This document shows, piece by piece, positions 1 to 11,275 of a DNA stretch of 64,000 nt (its first letter is position 1; the number at the start of each line of letters is the position of its first letter). Origin of the DNA: Octopus bimaculoides (Eukaryota). The notes beneath the pieces were generated by a model, which saw nothing but the letters and a program-made list of their open reading frames with translations, ran no database searches and was not told the DNA's origin. The DNA lies in the NCBI RefSeq assembly GCF_001194135.2, contig NC_069006.1:6359066-6423065 (forward strand), in the 5' to 3' direction. A program made the translations under genes and the position numbers.

Positions 1-90
1 AGAGGGAGAGCAAGAGAGAGAGAGGGAGAGCAAGAGAGAGAGAGGGAGAGCAAGAGAGAGAGAGGGAGGGAGAGAGAGGTGGAGAGGAGA
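1..90. repeat. (AG)-rich compound microsatellite with a 22-bp higher-order unit
   Basis: AGAGGGAGAGCAAGAGAGAGAG repeated about 3 times. Confidence 0.9.
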
Positions 91-269
91 AAGGTGCCAA
101 AATAAAATTTCAACATCCTCATCATAATTTGAGTTATGATTCTAATGTCTCTTAAGGCATGAAGATCTCCAAATCACATTTAACTTTTATCTTCCTAACA
201 TTGTAATCAGTTGCAATACTTTACTACATAAAGAATATCTTTCACTGGAGAAGTCTTTAAATGATTTCC

Positions 270-483
270 ATGTACATATGTGTGTATGCAAATATGCACG
301 TGCATATCTGAGTGTGCATGTGTGTGTGTGTGTGCGTGTTTGAGCGTGTGTGTATTTGAGGATGCATGTGTTTGCATGTACATCTGAATATCTATGCATG
401 TGTTTGTGCTATGTGTGTGGGTGTGTGATTGAGCATGTGTGTGTATGGTGTGTGTGCTTGTGTTTGGAGGTTTCCCAATCTTC

Positions 484-542
<59 letters not shown>

Positions 543-615
543 TTCTCTCTCTCTCTTGAGNNNNNNNNNNTTCTCTCTCTCTCTCTCTCTCTCTTTCTTT
601 CTCTCTCTCTCTTGA
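270..615. repeat. degenerate (TG)n followed by (CT)n microsatellites
   Basis: Seen directly; explains the low-complexity ORFs at 187-719. Confidence 0.95.
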
Positions 616-756
616 GGACTTTATTTATTTATTTATTTTTTTCCTTCTTTACCAAATTGTCAGTCAGAGTTCAAACTCCAGCTATATCTACTTCCCTTCT
701 CAACTCTAACAACATTTAGCAACTTCGCCACCTTCTCCATCCACATCTTTATATTA

Positions 757-1058
757 TCTTTTACTTGTTTCAGTCATTAGACTGTGGCCATGCTGGGGCA
801 CCACCTTGTAGGATTGTATAAGCATTCGAATCAACTTCTTTCCTTTTTAAGTTTGGTACTTATTCTATCAGTTTCTTTTTATCAAACCACTATGTTACAG
901 GGATATAAACAAACCAACACTGATTATCAAGTGGTGGTGGAGGGACAAACACACATATGCACACACACACATATATATGATACAAGCTTTGGTTAAGGTG
1001 TACCTGAAACCACGTGGTCGGGAAACAAACTTCTTAATACACAGCCAGGCCAGTGCCT
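757..1058 (-). mobile_element. tRNA-derived SINE, family A, internally deleted
   Basis: Reverse complement matches the tail (CCAGCATGGCCACAGTC..TGACTGAAACAAGTAAAAG) and head of the full copy at 28891. Confidence 0.85.
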
Positions 1059-1789
1059 GGAATTTTAAACATGTATATACACATATACATACATACACTT
1101 TACAAAGAAAACGAAAATGAAAAAATATGTTCTTGTTATTTTTCAGTCTTCACAACTTGTGAAGAAAGTAGAAGGAAAAACAGATATAAAAAAATAGTTG
1201 TTGACTAGAATAATGTTACAGACAAAACCAAACTTGAAAGATATATTTTTGTGAAAGCTGAAGTAATTCCTTTTGCTATGTTAAAGAAATATTTGTTTAC
1301 CATCATACATGACAACTATTTGTTCTGCAGTGTGAAGAGAAGACTAGTAAGTTTGTATTGACTTGGTTTGAGATGTTAAAATTTGCATAACCTTCCAACC
1401 CATATCGACTTTTTTTGTATCCTAACCTATAATACTGTCAGTAATATAGTAGTGAGGAGTTTACAGAAAGCATCTAGTACAAATCACTTTGATGGAGCTC
1501 ATCTGTTTTCAAACTACAATTATCATAGCATTTAAACTCATCATTGCATGACGAAAAGAACACTCATCATTTATAGAATACTCCTGCTGCTGACAGCATT
1601 AAGTTCAATCTAATATTTGGAAGTGATTTACAGCCAAATAAAGTTCACTGACTTAACACAGTCCCAGTAATGTGAGGGAAACCCAATTCTCAGAGAATCC
1701 AGCTATATACAGTGAATCTGGTCAGATGACCAGCCCACACCTTAACCTATGCTATTAGGAAGCATTCAAAAAAATAAACACACTTTTTC

Positions 1790-2040
1790 AGTATCAATCA
1801 GAGCATCAGATGCTATTGTACACCACTGGTCACAATGCGTTTTGAATTCTGTCTTGATTGCACCACTCCATTCTATCTTGACCAAAATCACTTAACTAAA
1901 TCATCTTCTGACCATCATGGAGGCCTGCCAAGTGCCCTTTCCAATGATTTAGACACCACTCAGCAACTGTGAGGATCCACCTGTTGTCTGTGAGACTTGT
2001 GGCATGTCTGGCCCAGCGGAATTTGGGCTTTCTGTATTCT
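1790..2040 (-). mobile_element. RTE-clade LINE, decayed ORF2 C-terminus
   Basis: Minus strand reads KFRWARHATSLTDNRWILTVAEW..(K)RALGRPP*W, matching the RTE motif KxRWAGHVAR..D.RW...EW....R..GRP..RW. Confidence 0.75.
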
Positions 2041-2559
2041 ACAATCACAGTATTCACTCCACTCCATTCTTGAATTATCTCATTTTGAATATGCTCTCAT
2101 AATGATATTCCCAACAAGGAAGGATTTTGGATGGGATGCTAGAAAAACAGAAAACTATGAAGAAGAATATGAAAAATCACCAAGTATTTCGTTCTCTATA
2201 AAGCAATCAGACAACATCTAGGAAATGACTTTGCGAAACTGATGCAGGCTGCAGAGGAAAGGAGAAGTTAAAAAAGATGCAGGAGAGGGCTGGCACTCTA
2301 TAGGTCAGAAGGAGATGGTTAAGAATCATGATGTGGAGGAGTTCATTATATTTAATTAGATCAGAAATTATTGGTCATTTCTTAAGCCAGTTTTAATTCC
2401 TGATTGAAGAGAATTCATTTCACCTCTGTCAAGCACATTCTCTGGAAAAACCTGAATACCATAGTCTCATTTCCTTTTACTGTTAATTTGTGACCTCCAG
2501 TCCATGGCTAAGAAATATATAAATATTTCAATAGGTTTACAACTAGAGGATGAGTGACA

Positions 2560-2745
2560 ACAGGAAGACAAAAAACTGACAATTTGTAAAAATGACACAA
2601 CATCACACAAGATGGGGAAATGAAATGGATAGGTTTAACGAAAATTAGAGCTCAGAGATCCCAAACCAAGAGTTATGGAGAAATAAATGGAAGGCCTCTG
2701 TCGAAAATTGGAAAACTAATGGCTGATTTGATTGATTGACAAAGA
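2560..2745 (+). mobile_element. possible RTE-clade LINE 3' end
   Basis: LWRNKWKASVENWKTNG* resembles the RTE C-terminal W....EAFVQQW...G* motif; heavily decayed. Confidence 0.4.
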
Positions 2746-4139
2746 TAAATGTAGTAATGTCTTTCATTTAACCCAACACAGCGACATAACCTCTGATCTT
2801 TGATTTAGTAATATGTAATTTTAACTTTCCATAAATTAAGAGAAGACAAAGGAGCCAAACAAATTACTTTCTATAGATCCATCAAGATTAGGCACTTAAA
2901 AGGAACATGGATTATGTAAATCTTTTACTGAAATTACAAATACAATTTAATAAGCTTTGATAAATTTAACATTCTAAGTTAAATTTAGATAATCAATATT
3001 CCCTTCAAATTTAAATTTATAATTTTATGATAAAATGATTATGTATTAAAATTAAAAGGTTTTAAATAGAAGCAGGCAGGTTTAACATACATAATCATAC
3101 ATAATTAACACATAATTATAAAAACAATACACACGCCTACATACATATTTGTAATATAAACACACATGCTATAAGAGCATGCATGAATATTTATAGATAC
3201 ACACATGCATACATGCATAGAAGATATGCATATTCAACACACATGAAATGTGTGTGTGTGTATAATTTATGGATGAGATTACATATAACTAAATCAATGC
3301 TCCAAATTTAAATCCCTGTACTGTTAAATGAAACACTACAGCCATCTCTGTCAATTTCTCCTCTCTTTCACAGCCACTCTTCTGCCAATGTACCTCTCTT
3401 TCATCACAATGTCCATATAATGACAGATACCACTGAATCTCTCCATACCCACTTCCACCTACCTGTCTCCCTCTCTCCTTCACATCTATCACTCTTATCA
3501 TTACACATCTTTATGACATCATGCTGCTTCTTCTTTTTTTTTTTTTATTCAAGCTCCTTCCTGACAACAAGCACGTTGCTGCCTGTCACTGTCTCTCTTC
3601 CATTTCTCTCCCACCTACCATACTCATAGAATGAAGACAACATGGTGTAAGAAAGTGTCTCTCATCTAGTTGGGGATGTTATAATCTCTTTAGGGTGACT
3701 GTCATTACATTCTATGAAGTGCTTTTTCTTAAGAAGGACATTCAACCATAGAAAATATACAAAAACTAAAAAATAGAATATACAAGTGAGACATGGTTCA
3801 CTGACCTATCTAGGACAGTTGAGGTGGGGAGATATTCAGAATAAGGGCTGACTTGGACCATAATGATCCCTGTCAGCAGGGACAATAGGAGTAAAATGTA
3901 TGATGCTGATCACATACATAAATATACGCATATCATACAAAGTCCACTTTTCCATGCTAGCATGGTTCACACAGAATTTACTGAGGTAGATTTTCTACAG
4001 TCAGATGCCCTTCCTCTTGCCAACCCTCACCTGTTTCGAAGCAAAGTAATAAGTTCTTGCAGAATATTGGAATATTCGATGGCACTGCTTGTATGACAGA
4101 AACAATAATTTTACAACTATCATGCAACATTAAGACCAG

Positions 4140-4183
<44 letters not shown>

Positions 4184-4464
4184 NNNNNNNNNNNNNNNNN
4201 NNNNNNNNNNNNNNNNNNNNNNNNNNNNNNNNNNNNNNNNNNNNNNNNNNNNNNNNNNNNNNNNNNNNNNNNNNNNNNNNNNNNNNNNNNNNNNNNNNNN
4301 NNNNNNNNNNNNNNNNNNNNNNNNNNNNNNNNNNNNNNNNNNNNNNNNNNNNNNNNNNNNNNNNNNNNNNNNNNNNNNNNNNNNNNNNNNNNNNNNNNNN
4401 NNNNNNNNNNNNNNNNNNNNNNNNNNNNNNNNNNNNNNNTTACCACACAGCCATACCAACACTG

Positions 4465-4499
<35 letters not shown>

Positions 4500-4530
4500 C
4501 CCACATATATATATATATATATATATATAT

Positions 4531-4635
4531 AGATTGGAGCCTGGTGTAGCCATCCGGTTACACCAGTCCTCAGTCAAATCGTCCAACCCATGCTAGCATG
4601 GAAAGCGGACGTTAAACGATGATGATGATGATGAT
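4531..4635 (+). mobile_element. 5'-truncated RTE 3' terminal module with (GAT)n tail
   Basis: AGATTGGAGCCTGGTGTAGCCATCCGG..CCAACCCATGCTAGCATGGAAAGCGGACGTTAAACGATGATG; near-identical to 9188, 35632 and 62233. Confidence 0.85.
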
Positions 4636-4959
4636 ATATATATAAGCGAAAGAATATAAGTATGTGTATATATATTACTAGGACAAATGCTAGGCTGTTG
4701 TTTCTCTGTGTATATCTGCAGAGCTCACATGGCAATAACACAAATTATTAGTGACAGTAAATCTGAGACAGGAAATTAATATATAGACAATAATCATTTA
4801 TTTATTTAAACTAGATTTTCTTCTCTCTCTCGCTCTCTCTCTCTCTCTCCTAATAAAACCCACAGGCTCCAAAGACACACACTGAGCTGTTTATATGCTG
4901 GATTATTTCTCTGTTTATGATTCTGTGAAAATCACAAAGATGAATGATGATATCTGAAA

Positions 4960-5110
4960 TTATTAGCAACACAGAGACAAGAAGTCAAACTAAGATTAAT
5001 GCAGAGGATGTGAGATGGCAAGAAAGAATTGAGGTGAGCAGGCTCCACTGGTTGTATATAATGTTAGTGCGTATGTATAATAGAGCACACAGAAAGGAGA
5101 GGAAAACTGT
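4960..5110 (+). mobile_element. RTE ORF2 fragment
   Basis: AEDVRWQERIEVSRLHWLY resembles the RTE segment preceding the WMxNVSVH motif seen at 9010. Confidence 0.55.
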
Positions 5111-5460
5111 GTACAAAAGCAATCAGATGTAATGTGCAAGAGATAAGTTTGCACTGGTATGCACATGTGATGCTTACAGAAGAGGGGGGTTAGGTAAAGA
5201 AGTGCTAAGCCATCCAAGTAATTAAGTTAATTAAATTAAATACATAATTATTGTAATAAGGCATATTAACCCCCATCTGGCAAACACTTTTGCATACATT
5301 TTCACCAATCTTAGCAAATATGATGAACCACCAAGAAAGAAATTCCTCTAACTCTGCTGACAATGTGAAACAGCGAGGAAACGTCTTTGTGGTTTTCTGT
5401 GCGTCCTCAAAAGGCATAAAAAAAAAAGAAAAACCATTGTAAAAACAAAAGATTTAATTA

Positions 5461-5856
5461 GCAGGTGTGGCTGTGTGGCAAGAAGCTTGCTTACCAGCCA
5501 CATGGTTCCATGTTCAGTCCCACTGTATGAAGTCTTGGGTGTCTTCTACTACAGCCTTAGGACAACCAAGGCCTTGTGAGTGGATTTGGTAGACAGAAAC
5601 TAGAAAAAGCCTGTCGTGTGTGTGTGTGCATGTGCATGTATGAGTGTGCTTCTTTATGTCTATGTTTGTCCCCCACCACTGCTTTACAAATGGTGCTGGG
5701 TTTTTTATGATCCTGTAACTTACTGGTTTGGCAAAAAGAGAGCAATAGAATAAGTACAGGGCTAAAAATAAAAAGAAGTACTGGGGTTGATTCATTCAAC
5801 TAAAGGTGCCCCAGCATGTAGCAGTCTAATAACTGAAATAAGTAAAAGATAAAAGA
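5461..5856 (+). mobile_element. tRNA-derived SINE, family A, near full length
   Basis: Box A TGGCTGTGTGG, box B-like TGTTCAGTCC, internal (TG)n, tail GTAAAAGATAAAAG. Confidence 0.9.
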
Positions 5857-5899
5857 TGATAAAAAAAGGAAAGTGCTGGACCCTACTGTTATCTGGGAA

Positions 5900-6800
5900 T
5901 GTGCCAAAATGCTCAAAATGCAGAAAGAGTTGGATTAGTAGTCTAAAAAGTTCATCCATGTAAACCGTAGATGCATCAACAGTTGTAGTGATATCACAGA
6001 CAAGTTGCAGAGAAGGAAGATTGCATCAGTGAATTGGAAGTACATGCATCAGTGAATTGGAATGCTCCATAAATGTATCTGATAGTTTCTGTTACCCAGG
6101 TGACATAATTTGCAGAGGAGGTAGGTGTTCTGAAACAACGATATCCAGAGTAAGAACAGGGTTGGAACGATCATGGGAGTTTTTATCTCTTCTGCCAACA
6201 AAGAGATTCTCTCTCTTAGTGAAAGGCAGATTTTAGAATAATTGTGCATAACCCTTTAACATTTAACCAGTCATATCCAACCCAAATATTCTAGCTACTT
6301 TTTGTCCTAACCAGCCAAATCTAGCCTCTCATACCTCCCCTACAATGCCATTATAAAAATATACAATCACATCATGGAAATTTTAAAGCTATGAGATAAT
6401 GCATGATTGATTCAAAACAATGTGAATAAATAATCATTAGATTTGACAAAGTAATCTTAATGCTAAAGAGATAAAGAGAGTTGTTGGCTGGTAACAAAAC
6501 ATGGGCACTGATTTCAAAGGATGAGAAATAAAGTGAGTATGTTCTACTTGGTGATGGATGGGTGTGGAGGGTAGTGGAGGGATGAAGATGTTACAAAACT
6601 ATTCAAGACAATAGAATGAGTAGAAGAAGGAAACCAAGGAAGATCTAGAAAGAAGAGGTGAAAGCTGACCTCAAAATGCAAGGTGTCATGACAGAGATGA
6701 TAAGCAAATTGGAACAAGCCATTGAGATGCTGAGCTGGAGAAGATCCTTCCAGCCATTAAACAGAGAAAAATGGACATAAAAATGATGAGAATAATGAGG
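5900..6800 (+). mobile_element. RTE LINE ORF2 3' portion, interrupted by a MITE
   Basis: 6081 onward reads DSFCYPGDIICRGGRCSETTISRVRTG..LLPTKRFSLLVKGRF*, a post-RT RTE motif; a decayed GRPR-type C-terminus and AAATGGACATAAAAATGATGAG tail follow the MITE. Confidence 0.8.
6252..6470 (-). mobile_element. piggyBac-like MITE
   Basis: Ends CCCTTTAACATT / AATGCTAAAGAG; ATAA on both sides (6248-6251, 6471-6474); homologous to 53767-54158. Confidence 0.85.
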
Positions 6801-6829
6801 ATACATAGACATGCTTATGAGGAGCCATC

Positions 6830-7222
6830 AAAGGTGAAGACAACATTGATCGAGGAGATTCATCCTTCTCCACCTCCAGCACAGTATTTCTCATGGGAGC
6901 AGATGTGGCTGACAAGGACCTATATGAGACAGGCAGATCCTGTCGCAGTGATGGCACTGAAAGTGACCCCAAACAACAGCCACGGGTGGTTGATATCGAC
7001 GTCTCCTCCTCTCTCCATCAAGTTTCAAATGCTCCACTCCAGTATCACACATTGCCTCCTGTGCCAGGGGCTCCAACCAACTGGGAGGGACACTGCATAA
7101 AATGGGAGACTGCTTGAGGTGGTCATGAAAACAAAGTTTTGGATGTCTATGAGCCTTACCTCCAGTCTTGATCTCACTGACAAGGACCATCTTTGGGAGC
7201 CGGTTGCTCATGCCCATTAACA
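6830..7222 (-). mobile_element. RTE/BovB-type LINE ORF2 C-terminus
   Basis: ORF 6891-7268 contains MGMSNRLPKMVLVSEIKTGGKAHRHPKLCFHDHLKQS and FQCHHCDRICLSHIG, matching BovB-like RLPK.L..EL..G.R..G..K.R..D.LK and C..C.R.C.S.IGL motifs. Confidence 0.85.
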
Positions 7223-7929
7223 CACACACACACACATTTGTAAATACAAAACTAATGAATAAATGCATAATAATGAATACACAAGATCACACATATTGAA
7301 TAGATACAATTAAAACCCAATTCATGTCGTTTTCCCTCAATTTTTTTTATTTTTATAGACCTTGCCAGAAATATGTTAACACTAACTTTGTATTCCGGTT
7401 GTTTGAATTAGTTTCTTAGAACGATGGCAACAAAATTGGTGCTAAGTAAGAAACAAAGGACAATATGATGGAGTAATTTCTTTCAAGAAATTCAGAATAA
7501 ATCAATTTTAAGTCAATAAATATCAAAATTAACAAAACAGACAAAACAGACATAAATAACAAAGCTAAAAAAAGACAAAGAAATAAGGTAAACATCAGAG
7601 ACCACTTTATCAATTAGGGAAGCTAAAACAGGTTGAGGATAATATTTTCTTTCCTAATTTATTTTTATTTGGAGATNNNNNNNNNNNNNNNNNNNNNNNN
7701 NNNNNNNNNNNNNNNNNNNNNNNNNNNNNNNNNNNNNNNNNNNNNNNNNNNNNNNNNNNNNNNNNNNNNNNNNNNNNNNNNNAAGACAAAGAAATAAGGT
7801 AAACATCAGAGACCACTTTATCAATTAGGGAAGCAAAAACAGGTTGAGGATAATATTTTCTTTCCTAATTTATTTTTATTTGGAGATATTATTTTTTCTG
7901 GTTAAAGGAGTAACGTTATATCACAGAGA

Positions 7930-8071
7930 ATGTGTCTATATATGTATACATATATATATACACACATACAACTACACATACACATATATATATGTACACA
8001 TGTACATACACACACACATATATACATATATATGCCTACAGACACACATACATATATACATATATATGCAT

Positions 8072-8110
<39 letters not shown>

Positions 8111-8237
8111 CAGATATATGCATATATACATATACACACACACATACACACATATATACATACACATATATATGTACACACACACATATAGGCATACATT
8201 CATACACACATATATACGCATGCATACATATGCATAT

Positions 8238-8276
<39 letters not shown>

Positions 8277-8300
8277 TAAATGTGCATACATATACACTCA
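7930..8300. repeat. compound (AT)/(AC) microsatellite
   Basis: Seen directly; source of six spurious ORFs. Confidence 0.95.
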
Positions 8301-8450
8301 TAATTTTCCAACATAATTAAAGTCAGTCACCTAATATATAAACCATAATATACAACCCTTAATAGTTTGAGGAGGTGGTGGAGGAAAAGCAACACATTAA
8401 AACAATGTCAACGATATTAATATTAACAATGTTACAATATTATTATTTTT

Positions 8451-8498
<48 letters not shown>

Positions 8499-8500
<2 letters not shown>

Positions 8501-8869
8501 TACAGATGATTAAACTATATGTAAGCTAATTTCTTTTCCCCCAAATTTTTAAATCAGAGATAATGGAATTGTTAAAATTAATTCAAGAACCCAAAAGTTA
8601 TTAGTGAATTTCTAATGAAGGAATTGATAGCAAATAAGATGTAAGGAGATATTCTGGACAAAATTAATTACAAACACATTACACTAAATCATCTCAAAGC
8701 CCAACTGACTCCAGTGATCTTTTCAATACAGCCTGTTACCAGCTTAGACTTCGGTATTGTTAAATAGAAAGCAATAAGGATAGAACCCCCGTTTGTTACA
8801 TGTACAAAACATGGTTAACCCTTTAAATGATAATAACCTACCTCAGGCAATATTTGTTCAGTGATGATG

Positions 8870-8902
<33 letters not shown>

Positions 8903-9010
8903 TTGATACAGCTGATCAAACTATATGTAAGCTAATTATTGTTTCCAAAAATTTTTGAATCAGAAATAATGGAATTGTTAAAATTAATTCAAGAATTCCA
9001 AAGTTATTAG
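8499..9010 (+). repeat. local direct repeat, two copies of about 106 bp, each preceded by (TAA)n
   Basis: 8499-8604 and 8905-9010 both read GATACAG.TGAT.AAACTATATGTAAGCTAATT..AATTAATTCAAGAA..AAAGTTATTAG. Confidence 0.9.
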
Positions 9011-9335
9011 CTGGATGCGTAATGTCAGTGTGCATACATGACAGAACGTAAGCACCTTGAGAGAAAAATTGGACATAAGAAGCATAAGATATAGTGAGCA
9101 AGAGACGACTTCCCTGGTATGGTCATGTGTTGCATATGGATGGGGACAGCTGTGTGAAGAAGTGTCATGCCTTAACAGTGGAAGGGGTGTTAGGAAGGGC
9201 ATCCAGCTGTAGAAACTCTGCCAAATTAGATTGGAGCCTGGTGTTGCCATCCGGTTTCACCAGTCCTCAGTCAAATCGTCCAACCCATGCTAGCATGGAA
9301 AGCGGACGTTAAACGATGATGATGATGATGATGAT
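9010..9335 (+). mobile_element. RTE LINE ORF2 fragment fused directly to the 3' terminal module
   Basis: WMRNVSVHT*QNVSTLREKLDIRSIRYSEQE/RLPWYGHVLHMDGDSCVKKCHALTVEG, then GTTAGGAAGGGCATCCAGCTG..(GAT)n. Confidence 0.9.
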
Positions 9336-10834
9336 ATGCTTCAAATGTACAAAAAACAAGAGACAGAGACAGGTGAGAGAACAACAAGCAAGGTGTAGTA
9401 TTAGTTTGACTAGCAGAAAGACCACCCTCTGGACAATTNNNNNNNNNNNNNNNNNNNNNNNNNNNNNNNNNNNNNNNNNNNNNNNNNNNNNNNNNNNNNN
9501 NNNNNNNNNNNNNNNNNNNNNNNNNNNNNNNNNNNNNNNNNNNNNNNNNNNNNNNNNNNNNNNNNNNNNNNNNNNNNNNNNNNNNNNNNNNNNNNNNNNN
9601 NNNNNNNNNNNNNNNNNNNNNNNNNNNNNNNNNNNNNNNNNNNNNNNNNNNNNNNNNNNNNNNNNNNNNNNNNNNNNNNNNNNNNNNNNNNNNNNNNNNN
9701 NNNNNNNNNNNNNNNNNNNNNNNNNNNNNNNNNNNNNNNNNNNNNNNNNNNNNNNNNNNNNNNNNNNNNNNNNNNNNNNNNNNNNNNNNNNNNNNNNNNN
9801 NNNNNNNNNNNNNNNNNNNNNNNNNNNNNNNNNNNNNNNNNNNNNNNNNNNNNNNNNNNNNNNNNNNNNNNNNNNNNNNNNNNNNNNNNNNNNNNNNNNN
9901 NNNNNNNNNNNNNNNNNNNNNNNNNNNNNNNNNNNNNNNNNNNNNNNNNNNNNNNNNNNNNNNNNNNNNNNNNNNNNNNNNNNNNNNNNNNNNNNNNNNN
10001 NNNNNNNNNNNNNNNNNNNNNNNNNNNNNNNNNNNNNNNNNNNNNNNNNNNNNNNNNNNNNNNNNNNNNNNNNNNNNNNNNNNNNNNNNNNNNNNGAATG
10101 CAATGAATATGTAAATTTGTGAAAAACTTGAAGTTCAAATATTCAATAAACTTCAGAAATCGAAATCACAGGAAATTTCTTGGAACATGAATTTATAAAA
10201 AAATTTCCAGACGGTTAAGCCTAAGCAGCTTTCTCTATTATAATATAGATGCTCAGGAGAAATGGAAAAGGTGTTTGATATTTTGAGCGAATGCTCTTTG
10301 GCAGAAAGGGAGGAGAGCAAAAAAATGGAGAGAGAAAAAAACATTGGGATTACTAGTTCTACATGTTGAAAATGTAGATGTGTGTGTGTGTGTGTGTGTG
10401 TACGCGCGCTTGCGTGTGAAGCCTAATTGTGTTTATCTGCATTACTACCCCTATGTGTATGTATGTATGTGATTAAGTAGTGGATGGAACAATCTGATTA
10501 TGTAGAATTAATGCTGTTATAATAAAATGGATGCAAAAATACTTATTAAAGTGTATTAACACAAATATCAATAAAGAAATAATTAACCTCTTTTTTTTTT
10601 TAAAGAATTGATTGTATTAACATGGATAAAGATTATAACTAACACCTGGAGTCTTAATCTTCATCCATGTCAATAAATAACCTTTTATCCTAGACAGAAT
10701 GTCACCTTTTTTTTGCAAGAAACAGCTTGGTTTCTTTCCCTGGTGTTTTACATCATTCAGCCTACACAAATGAATGTAGGACAAACAAAGCAGGAATTTT
10801 GAAAGAAGTAAAAATAAAACTAGTTTTTAAACAT

Positions 10835-10912
10835 CGAATGGCTATGGGGGTCCACCAGAATAAAACAGTGATCAAAGGAGTCCACAGATAAAAGAAATGG
10901 TTGAGAACCACC
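10835..10912 (-). mobile_element. hAT-type MITE end, same family as 51980-52232
   Basis: TGATCAAAGGAGTCCACAGATAAAAGAAATGGTTGAGAACCAC is the reverse complement of the left end of the 51980 element. Confidence 0.7.
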
Positions 10913-11059
10913 ACCTCATACTTCTTTTAAAATATACTGCCTGTGATTTGATTAATTTTGAAAATCATGAAGAATTTAGTAAAATAACTTTGTCATTATT
11001 AAGCTGGTGTTTGCAACATAAATTGCTTTTGTATAATTTATTTTGGGGGAGAATTTAGC

Positions 11060-11275
11060 AATGATTAGAAAGATTGAAGGGAAATGGAATAGGGGACCAA
11101 GAAAAATAATATTGATGTCAAGCTTGATGAATTGGTTGGAAGAAAGGGGCACAAAACATCAGGAAGTGGAAGTGTTACAGAAAATAAAGAACAGAGAATT
11201 GTGACAGGACATGACCGCCTATGTCCTACATTCTGGACATGGTACCTAAAGAATAGAACATGGTAAAAATAGCTG
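11060..11275 (+). mobile_element. RTE/RTEX-type LINE C-terminus
   Basis: KIEGKWNRGPRK..SLMNWL / EVLQKIKNREL*QDMTAYVLHSGHGT*, matching the GKIEG.R.RGR.R..W..M.A.V..GHGT* ending. Confidence 0.7.

Noticed and set aside
6771-7117. Plus-strand ORFs of 109 and 74 aa
   Set aside because: They are antisense to a BovB-type LINE fragment.
7572-7887. 105-bp direct repeat flanking a gap
   Set aside because: The copies differ by one base and bracket the N-run; most likely an unmerged contig or haplotype overlap.
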